Positions 39,134 through 49,700 of a DNA stretch of 64,000 nt are shown piece after piece. The notes beneath the pieces were generated by a model. It saw only the letters and a program-made list of their open reading frames with translations, was not told where the DNA came from and did no database searches. The position numbers were made by a program, and so were the translations under genes. The stretch comes from Phoronis australis (taxonomy: Eukaryota; Animalia; Phoronida), in NCBI GenBank assembly GCA_002633005.1, contig NMRA01000052.1, forward strand, positions 672,722 to 736,721, in the 5' to 3' direction. The stretch's first letter is position 1; each line of letters starts with the position of its first letter.

Positions 39134-42100
39134 ATGCTTGTTTTTAGGGATTTAGAAACCAGTAAGTATTAAAGGAAAGATTTATCATATCATCTGCACT
39201 GTTCTATCTTTATTTTTTTGAAAGTGTCGCTTTTGCCTTGTTTTTTTCATCCTGTACCCGCTGTTGTCTTTGAATCAGATTACAGAGACATTGATAAGTG
39301 TCACAACTTCGTCATAATTGTACATATAATAATAATTTTGGAATCCATATCCTCAGAAATTTCGTTGAATTTGTTGCTCGGTTTTAGTTTTACCAAGTTG
39401 ACACTCGATTTTAGAAATATTGAATTTTAAAGCTGGGGTCAGTGGGGTGTGTGCCTCTCGCTTTGTCAAGTCGTAGGCAACACGTAGCCACAGGCGTCCT
39501 CAGCTTCTGATCGTCCCCAATACACTACATATAATACTACAAGGTATGACACTTCCGACCAGAAATTCCACAGGTGCTTCACTTCAGCCGTCCATAGCAA
39601 ACATAAAACTCAATAAATTTACACAAAACAGAGGTTCAACAAACCATGAAGAATTGTTCTTTCTCCCAATACCATTCACGGTGTCCTGTTCCGGCGACTT
39701 CGTAAGAAATTCGCAGTCAAAGAACAAAAATGTTCACAAAAAACCCCCGCACACGTCCATCGGTTGCCGCTCGAGGTCAAGGACGGTACGGAAATTGTCG
39801 GTGAGTTACGGAAGTACCGACATCGGTCGCGTAAAGTCACGATGTCAGTACTTCCGTAACTCACCGGCAATTTCCGTACCGTCCTTGACCTCGAGCGGCA
39901 ACCGATGGACGTGTGGGGGGTTTTTTGTGAACATTTTTGTTCTTTGACTGCGAATTTCTTACGAAGTCGCCGGAACAGGACACCGTGAATGGTATTGGGA
40001 GAAAGAACAATTCTTCGTGGTTTGTTGAACCTCTGTTTTGTGTAAATTTATTGAGTTTTATGTTTGCTATGGACGGCTGAAGTGAAGCACCCGTGGAATT
40101 TCTGGTCGGAAGTGTCATACCTGGTAGTATTATATGTAGTGTACTGGGGATGATCAGAAGCTGAGGACGCCTGTGCATGTAGCCCCTCGGTTGGCCATTT
40201 AGGGGCTACAATACTTCCATTCGCTTTGTGTACGCATTTTGTTACGAGTGTTTTACTTACTATAACCCAAGGCCGTTGAAACCCGGTCTCCGAAAGGAGT
40301 GAAATCGGAAGCTAAGTTTCATCACATTTACGCTCTGTGACGTATCTGTAATCGTCGCAATCGTCGATATGGCGACTTGATGCTTGAATAAAAATTCAGT
40401 TTCGACTCAAGCAAATTACCTGAAATCTTCCTTAAGTTTTCCAAGTAGCGCCCCTAAGATTTTTAAGTTCCCATGGAGTCGGGATTAACAGCAGGTTTAA
40501 GTACAAGTCTGTGCTACATCGTGCCATCTACATGTATGATCGGCAAAATGAGAAAAAATGTCTGGACGAACACACATGTTGTTGTCACGTGACGTTTGCT
40601 TTGAAGTTTGTGTGCGTTGAGTAAGCGAGCACGTGCATTTCACCAGAGTTCATTTGCCAGAGCAGAGACTGTCTTTTGGCCTGAGCCACGCAATCTAACG
40701 AGCTACTAGATGTGCATTGTGTGTAAAAAAAAAAAGAAATTTGCAACAGCAGTAGGCCTAAACCACCAGAGCATGTTTCATTCAGCACTTGCCGGTCTCA
40801 TGTGCTAAAAACGTTCCGACATTTGTCTCGGTAAGGCCCATATTAGTCGCAGTGTGGCTGGATGCGTACGTGACTGTGTTATTTTTCGGTGTAAGGGTGT
40901 GTAAGCATTCACTGTCAGTGGTCATTTTATCGGATATTTGGCTTAAAAACACCAATTATGGTTAATCAAACAATTCATCTTAAAAATAACACAGACATTT
41001 TTTACAGTATTAGAAACTGTCGGAAATTAGTGCCAATATTCATTTCTTGCCGATGCTATACTACCCGTTTCATGAATGGATTGTTCCAGACTAATGACTT
41101 TGATGACAGGTTCATGTATGTAGCGCGCGCTTCCTGGCCACGTGCTTTTTACACTGGCCAAGCTTTTTATTAATCTTGTGGTGTTGTATATTAAGTTCCA
41201 TAAGTCGTGAAGTGAAAGTTATGGCTTCTAAATTTCAGTATTAATACTCTTTAGGACAAAGCTCGTTTCTCAATTCTGGAAGCATAAGTCAGATGCAGCT
41301 TATTTGCAGTGGTTGTGAACTGTGTGTATATATAAAAAAAAAACAGTGCAGGTGGTCTGATGTCATTTGCGGTGTGTAAATTAACATAGAGTATGTTCGG
41401 TAATGGAACTGCACTAAATAGTGGAGATGGTTGGACAATTTTAAAGCAAGACTTCAGATGAAAGCTGCCGAAAACTCGGGAATTCAATATCTATATGGTA
41501 TCTTATCGTGGTTTTCCAGATGACGAACTTTTCTCCGATGCTTACAAGTTTGTAGACGATGGCAACACCATTAGGGTGCAGTCAACCATGGTTGATCCAG
41601 ATAAAGTGGGTGAGATAAACATTGGTGCCAATGCCTCAGCTGAGGAGGAAGCGGAGTGTTACGATGATGATCAGGTGGCCAAAGTCAACAACATCGCGTC
41701 ACACTACAAACTACAGGAAATGGGTCCTTTGGTTGTGAAAGACTTAAAGGCATACGCTAAAAGGTGAGCCGTGAGTTTCGATTATTGAATCAGAAGGTCA
41801 CGGAATACACAGGATAAAAAAATGAACCAAAACTGTAAAAGCTATTGAAGACGACTACAGTTCTTTGCGATTTCGGCCTGTTTATTGATAATTTTGTAAT
41901 TCTTGTTGTCTTTTTTAAGTGAAGTTTATCATCACTTGTTGAGTACTTAAAATGTGGTCTTGTTCTCACTCCGTTCTCGTCACTTGTCTTCGTGTCTACC
42001 TCACTCCTGGCTACAGTAACCATGCAACTTTATCACATTGCCCTCTTATACAATTTAAGGCTAATTGATGCAGAAACAGACGCGGAAAAGAAGACGGCAA

Positions 42101-42297
42101 TCAAAGAATCGCTGAAGAAATACGTAACAGACGTGGTTGAGAAACGAAAGGAAGACAAAAATTATTACTCCGTATACAAATCTCAGGATAGCCCTTCTTT
42201 TGAGACAGGCATGCTGGTCTTGGCTTATTACGACGGCGAAGCCCCGGCACCAACGTTTATGTTCTTCAAGCAAGGCTTGATCGAGGAGAAACTTTAA
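39134..42297 (+). CDS. TPT1: Translationally controlled tumour protein (TCTP), 169 aa, 3 coding exons, divergent sequence
   Basis: Exons 39134-39161 (MLVFRDLET), 41520-41763 (NDELFSDAYKF..IGANASAEEEAE..) and 42060-42297 (..GMLVLAYYDGEAPAPTFMFFKQGLIEEKL*). TCTP motifs DELFSD, IGANASAEE and FFKxGLxEEK are present; 510 nt in frame. Confidence 0.93.
39489..40175. mobile_element. 687-bp foldback/palindromic non-autonomous DNA transposon with 8-bp TSD (hAT/P-superfamily-like) in TCTP intron 1
   Basis: Arms 39489-39825 and 39840-40175 are reverse complements with about 8 differences and a 14-nt spacer. Termini are CACAGGCGTCCTCAG...CTGAGGACGCCTGTG, flanked by CACGTAGC (39481-39488) and CATGTAGC (40176-40183). 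Confidence 0.88.
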
Positions 42298-42664
42298 TGG
42301 TAAGATTTTGGTTCATCACAACTGGTCACTTACTGCGTTGTTTGTGAAGCACTATCGCATTTTCAAAGAATCTTTTTAGGTGACAATCGCTGGCTGGTCT
42401 CGTCAAGAATGAAAGATGTTTGAAAATGATGAAAATTCCAAACATTTGTGCTGCGATGTGAAGTTTACGCTTGTATGCATGGCCGTTATTCTCGTGATCG
42501 TGTATTTTCCGTGATCTTTCATGCTCTTACGGAAGATGGAAATAAGGTTGGAACTCCGGCTTTGTTGTAACTTGTATCGGAGGAAAGCCAATGCCAGTGA
42601 CACTACTTTTACTGAAACTAATTAATCAATGGTTATCTTGTGCATGTTTTAATTGTGTTGACAT

Positions 42665-42842
42665 AATTGACCTATCGCCGGGATTTTGACTGACGTTTTA
42701 TCTGACCATTTAGAACTCATCATTCTTGACACACCTTCGTTTCCAAGCCGCCATTTTACCCGCAAACAACACGTTGCCGGGTAAAACTTATTGTTTGTTA
42801 GTCGACATTACGCAAGGGGGTGGAGCTTGCATTAGGTCAATT
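42665..42842 (-). mobile_element. Second copy (inverted) of the 24157-24334 MITE
   Basis: Same TIR and internal sequence in the opposite orientation. Confidence 0.8.
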
Positions 42843-43573
42843 GTTGCAACGGTTTGATTCTTTGGCCCATTTTCTCACTAGAGACGATCACAGTCTAATT
42901 ATTTTATCAATTCATTCACGCTGTGCGATGTTTAATCTTGTCTAAGATAAGTGGATGATCTTCATGAAAGTTGGCAGATGTGTTGCTGTGGAGATGATGG
43001 TGAATGACGACAGCACTCGGACAGATCTGACCTCTGCTGTGCCCCCCACTGGCAATTTTAGTATTTTATTTCTGCCTCTATATCTTCGGAGTTCCTAAAC
43101 AGATTTTGATGAAATATGATGAATAGGTTTCTGTTAAGGAGACAATGATATCATCTTATTTTTGGACGACTGTGATTCTGAGTCTGAGCTACCTAGGCAG
43201 GAACTTGCCTAGGTGGAGTCCAAATTCGCGAGATTGGCACCCGCCATATTCGGGGATTTTTGTTACATGACAGGGAGGTATTCCCTTGAAAAATATGTTT
43301 GCTAGTATTTATCAATCATCAGTGTGGCAGTCTGTGGTCTTGATTTATGTATGAGTATTTATTGAACTAAGACATCGAATTGTAAGTGTTTATTAAATTT
43401 AGCTATCAGAAAATAAAATGCGAAAATTCATTTTTTACTTGGCGGAATTCTTCGAATTCCGACAAGTATGTTGCTCTGTCGTCAAGTTTTTTTTTTTTTT
43501 TTGTTCGCACTCTACAGGTCGCAATTTTCGTCCGATTTTCACGAAATTTGCACACAACGTGTAGATCGGGAAN

Positions 43574-43879
43574 GCAAGGCTTGATCGAGGAGAAACTTTA
43601 ATGGTAAGATTTTGGTTCATCACAACTGGTCACTTACTGCGTTGTTTGTGGACGATGGCAACACCATTAGGGTGCAGTCAACCATGGTTGATCCAGATAA
43701 AGTGGGTGAGATAAACATTGGTGCCAAAGCCTCAGCTGAGGAGGAAGCGGAGTGTTACAATGATGATCAGGTGACAGTCTGTGGTCTTGATTTATGTCTG
43801 AGTATTTATTGAACTAAGACATCGAATTGTAAGTGTTTATCAAATTTAGCTATCAGAAAATAAAATGCGAAAATTCATT
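43574..43879 (+). pseudogene. Scrambled partial duplicate of TCTP (exon 3 end + 3' flank, then exon 2 middle, then downstream flank)
   Basis: 43574-43650 matches 42270-42346; 43651-43773 matches 41555-41677 (2 substitutions); 43775-43879 matches 43328-43432 (2 substitutions). It begins at an assembly N (43573). Confidence 0.75.
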
Positions 43880-46748
43880 GTTTAATTGTCATTTCCATCA
43901 GCGCTGTCTTGAAACAAGCTGAGTTTATCCCTTTTGTTGAAGCGGTCATTTTTTTAAAACTGAGCGTGCAGTTTTAATTATATACAAATCTGTTATGGCA
44001 TCTACATCTTCCTCTGCCAAATTTTAATTAGAAAGATCATTAAGAAAATTGGAGGATGTGTTTCTCTTCTGGGAAGAACTCGGCTGACGTTGATTTTCAG
44101 ACGTATCCAGCTACTGCTACCAGTATAACTCATAGGGGAAATTTCATTTGCTTTACGGTTCCCTCTGCTCCTTCGTGAAATTAGGCAAATATTTTTGTAT
44201 AAGGTGGACATTCCATTTAGGGATGGGTACAACGAATTCTACACCAACTAGTGGTTATTTTCATGATACTAATAAACGCCCCTTGAAGCATACAGTTGCA
44301 GGTGCAGTCGTGGGCGCATTCCAGTGCTTTGCATAGCAAAAGTTTCCTCTATTTCAGATTGTTTATTATGCAATCAATTGTGTTGAAGATTGGCTACTGC
44401 TCGAGTTTCACAACTTTGTATTTAATTGTGTGCATTCTGCTTCAGGTCAAGGTACAGATATTACAAAGGCAATACAGTCCTCTCTAACTGCAAGCATCCA
44501 GGCTTGAAATTTGTGACACTATTTATTATGGATTTTTAAATTAGCTCATGCATCATCATCAGAACCATTTTATGAAGAACACAAGTATCATGCATGTACT
44601 TCCAGAATCGCTTGTTACTAATTTCTACACATTTGAATGTGCTGTAGCCAGGTGTGCATCGTCTGTCTACAAATACAAATTATAACTGAAAGGGTTTGTT
44701 GTCTTTTCAATTTTGTCCTCAAACGTGATCATTCGTGATGAATTGTATGAACTTTTATCCTCACTCAGGAGTCAGGTGATCACCTTATGTTTCATCACTT
44801 GAAATTTACTGAAAAAAGCACAAAGCAACTTTACTGACATGATACAGTAAAAGCTAAATGTATTCTGACAAAAAGACACCTATGACATCTATGACTAACC
44901 CCATGCCGAGGGGTCCCAACCAGCCAAAACTGAGTGATCAGGACTGCATTCCAAGTCGCAAGTTCAATCCCAGCTAACGCCAACAAAACAAGTGCTTATC
45001 ACTGACCATGAGTTTACCAAAAACCAGTGCTCGTTCTTGTAAGAACGCCGCAACACCTGAAGATGGTCGGAGAAATGACCAACTGACCGACCGAAACATG
45101 CCCATGTAAATGGGGTGTAAATAGAATAATAGATTTTGGGTCAAGGGTTTCACAAATGTTTCGCATGTGACCAGCACCGCTGCATATGCAGATAATACAT
45201 TTAGTATCAAGAGACGAGATTTGTTGTATTATTACAATTTTATTAAACTGCAAAACAGATTTATCACAAAAATGAAAAATATTCTTTTCCCAAAAATTTA
45301 ACTATGGCATTAAATCTGAATAATCAGGTTGGAGATCATCAAATTCACAGGAAAATATTTAAAGCCGCTCAAAACCCACTTTCGGTCAAAAACAAAATTC
45401 CTGATTTAGACCACTTACAGGCCTGTCATAATACTGTTCTCAACAACTTGTTTCGTATTCAGATGAGAAGTTGTACCTGGACTTTGATAATACTTAAGAT
45501 CGTGGTCGTAGCACAATTTTTGACAGAAAGTCGAGTTGACAGCCGCTTTAAAGTGGGAGAGCGAAGATGGAGATATAATAACATAACAGTTGCGACATAA
45601 ATAGACATACAAGTGCACTTAGAAACAGTTCCAAACGTACATTTTCATTCTAATTATCTTACTAATAAAGCAAAACACCTCTGAAATTAATTTTACCTCT
45701 ATTCAAAACTTAACGGGCATTCCAAATGCCCCCACTACGGTACACGACTGCTGGCACCCAAGCACAAGAGTAATGCACCAGTCATAACTTCTAAATTCAT
45801 CAATTTCCTAACCTTGTGTTAACAACTTCCTATTATCAGTACACGTCACCTACACATGTTAAAACTGCTCGTCAAAAGCTTTAGAACTCTGAACAGCTTA
45901 GAATTGGATGAGTAAAAACTCGCACACACAAGTGTGTGACTCGATGCTAAGAGTTTTTTAGGATGCAAGAACTGCACAAGTTGAAACTAGTGATGCGTCA
46001 TGTGGTCTTGGACAGCAACGATGCATATCCTATAAGTTAACACAACAAGGTTGTACACCCAATTAACTTCTAGCCAATGAAAAAGGTAACAAAAATAAAA
46101 AATTGAACTAGTTTAATTTATAAATAATGTTACGAATAGACATTGTGAAATCAAAGGACGCGTAAACAATCTTGCAAACACCAGTAACATGACACCACGG
46201 TATTTATAATCAAACAAAGAATGATTTCCATCAATGGAAACATGATTATCAAGTCTAGTGTCACAGCAACCGAGCCTATAATTTAATTAGTGGCTTTGAG
46301 AAAAATTTTATTAAGGTGCAACTGCACCAATATTTACATCCAAAAATCTGTCACTTCAAACTCAGAATCAAAGCTAGTAGAGAGAGACATTTTCACGCAA
46401 AAAAATCCTGTCCTGTGAACTCCACCCTGGGCATGAGCAATCGTGAAAAACTAGAAGTGTTTGTGTTGCCTGATTGAAATTTTGAATTTTTTATTTCTTC
46501 CACAGGCACGTGCAAATCAAGAGGAGAGTCTCCACAGAAGTATGTGACTCAACTTAAGTTAAAAGCCCAGGATGTGCACACGCGATGTCATTTTAAACAA
46601 CAAAATTCACAAATACCCACAGTTAGCAGACGACACGATCATGCTTTCCTGTACCAACTGAACGCCAAAACCAAACAAAAATAATTAACATTAATCCTCC
46701 GTGTTCAATAAGAGTACTGAAGCGACCAACAGTGTAAGGTTATGTTGG

Positions 46749-49700
46749 TCAAATATTAACGACATGCAATGTAAAACTGTCGTAGGTTTCAATGAGATCA
46801 TTTAACTTGTACTGGTTGAGTATCGTGAACTTGTCGAGTTTGGAGCTCATCTTGAGCGCACAGTCAAGGCAGTGCACCACAAATTTCCTGTCTTGTTCTG
46901 TCACAAGCAGCATGTTAAACACCTCCAACTGAAACAGGATTTTGGAATAACATTAGAAACATGACTTGTTCCACAAGCCTTATACTTTGTCAATCAATAA
47001 ATACATGAATCCAATGGCGCCAATAGCAGAGCAATTGTCGCAATAGCAATGACTTCATTAGTTACTCCTTTATCTTTCACCAGGTGTCTCCAGCTCTCAA
47101 GAGAAGATGAGGGCCAGGGACAAAAAACAGAGTTCAGGGCCAGTCCTAAGCTTTGGGGTCCCAAGCATGATTTGACTTGCTGACCTTTTTCAGTGCAGAT
47201 GACATTCATCTCGTTTTATTAGGAATTGGTCAAGGAAGTCTGGGTTGACATAACTGCTTAGATTTTCACCAGTTCAGCTGGCACAACATCTCTTGCAGGA
47301 TGACTTGCTGTACTGCTCTTCAAGCATTTTACTTTCGCACTGAAAGCACTGAAAACGGCTGGACCACTATGAAAAATCTTCAAATGTTTGAGTTGCACCA
47401 AAAAATTCACATAAGCTGGATAGCTTGGGAGAATCTCGCAGTTGTTGGATTCACAAGAGTATGTTACGCAGCCCTTATTTCTTTCGAGTTAGGCAAAATC
47501 AGGTGACTGCTCGATTGCACTAGCAAGATGGCTGCCAGTGAAATGATTGGACAGTGAGGCTGTGATGTTAAATTATGGGAGAAAGCCATGTAAAGAAGCA
47601 TTATTTCCGTTCCATGAACAGTAATTATTTCACGAGTGTCTAGCATTCCATAACACAATTCCAGCAGTGAGTAGCTGAGACCTCACCTCACAATTGTTGC
47701 AGTAGTGTGCTGCCTCGCCCTCCTTGTAGCCGTGCCATTTAATCTCCTTGCCTAGGCTTTCCGCAAAGTCAATGATGTGCTGTGTGTGGCGCAGCGTCTT
47801 CAACAAACAATGCCTAGAAATGGAGGAGATAACGAGAATTAGACAACGGAGAACACAACAAAGATTTGCTTGGACGTGGATGCTATAGAAAATGAAAAGT
47901 AGTTTCCTTCATGAACCCGATAGAGGGGGCTTCAGTTGTTAACAAATTGACCACAAAACAAGTTCACTAACAAAGAGGACAGCTGGGGTCAGAAGGGGTA
48001 CATACAAAGATAGGGGAAACTTTAACAAAAGTTAATAAGTAAAATGGCCATTCAGACTATGTGGCATATACCGTGCTTGTGGAATTTTATTTTGCCAATT
48101 TTTCAACAAAAATAACCTGTGCAAAATTCTATGCATTCTAACAATTGGAAGGATTCATGGTAAAATTTCAGATATCATTTTTAGTGAGAAATTAAACAGA
48201 GAGTATCATAGTAAGTCCCCACTCATTTTTCCCATTTTCTAGATTGTACCATGAACTACCATGACGTGATTAGGCTGTTGGCAGGCGAAGACTATAACAC
48301 AAGTTTTGTAACAGGTATGACAAAATTAAGCCAAATGCAGCAAGAGACACCTACTTGACCTGCTTGAACAGCTTTGGCTCTGTGATCTTGACGTTGCGTG
48401 CCAGACTCCAGGAGAGGTGTTTCATCGGCACAATCGACTTGTAGCTCTGCATCTTGTTCCACTCGTACCTTTTGATAGCCTGCTCAAACGACCGTCCAGT
48501 CATGGGGCCCACGTTCCACGCTATGTTGTTGCACCAACCCTGTGAACAGGAAGGCAGTTTTAAATTGATGTTAACAACAGTATTTTCTGAAATAAATGTC
48601 AAGCTTTTAAGACAACATATGAGCACAATTAGGCCCATGTGCCTATTTTAGGAGCGTCTTCACTACATCCTTAAAGGTTTCACTTAAATAATAGTTAAAG
48701 CCGCTCTACGAAACATGTTATGGTGTTGAAAAAAACTTTCCCCATAGGCGTATTTGCTCTTCCGACGAAATGGCATCCGGTCCTAATCCTTTGTTTATGT
48801 TGAAAATGGTTACAACTAAATGACTGGAACACCGTCGGATGCACTGCTTCGACAGCTGAAACTAACCCTCGCTGACAACCAACTAAATGGCCGTGGTCTG
48901 AAGCTATAATGAACAGTCACTTCTCCTCAAGCGATGATTTCTAATCCTAATTAGAAACAAGACGAGATGGATTTTATAACAGTAAAGACTTAAATCAAAA
49001 GATGTGCTCTTGACGGAAGGTCCCTTTAAAGTTTAATTGAATACACCCAAACAACTACCCTTCTGTAGTAAAGAAGTGAACTTTCTCTCACGATATTTCA
49101 AAAATTTGCTCCTTGGTTTTACTCCACTGTTTAACATGCAGAAGCATAACCCTAATTACATCATACAAATAAACACAGACCCAGAAATCACTTTCGCATT
49201 ATATTCAGGTTCCCATTCATCCCCTTGCTTACAGTCATGAGTAAGACCGAGCTGAGGAGTAGTAGACACCTTTGTGCAATGCTTGATTGTCTGCCAGTAA
49301 GGCCAGGGTTTGAAGCCGGGTCTCCCAAATGGGGGTACGGACCTCAAACCACTAAGGCACACAGTCTCCTTAGTTCCAACATAATAGGTGACACTTACGT
49401 TAGACTGTACCCAGTGCACAGTTCCTGTGTTCACCCAGACAAGGTCCCCGGGCTTTTGAATAAACCTGTAGACAGGGATGTTCTCCTCATACAGATCTTC
49501 CAACAACGGCCACCAGGAGCCGCTCAAGTAGTTGATGTTGTTCCTGTAACCGGAAACCAGGCATGAAAAGAAACCTAAGGCAAGTTTTCAAATGATTTTC
49601 ATGTTCAGTCTTTTTATCCTAAAACATGCATTTAGTTCTACAATTCTGTATTAATGAATGGACACAATGTACGACAAAAATAAATATACATGAACATACA

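Noticed and set aside
39546-40178. Twin ORFs (MTLPTRNSTGASLQ...) on opposite strands
   Set aside because: They are a consequence of the palindrome, show no recognisable transposase or THAP motif, and lie in an intron.
43116-43187. C/D-box snoRNA-like ATGATGA...CTGA
   Set aside because: There is no terminal stem or recognisable rRNA guide, and it lies in repeat-like sequence (GATTTTGATGAAAT / CGATTTTCACGAAATTTG motifs).
46608-46658. Possible additional terminal KDM6A exon after a pyrimidine-rich acceptor
   Set aside because: There is no credible donor before the in-frame TGA at 46749-46751; RNA-seq would be needed.
49290-49369. Possible tRNA gene
   Set aside because: A and B boxes are present but the acceptor and anticodon stems do not close; treated as a SINE head.
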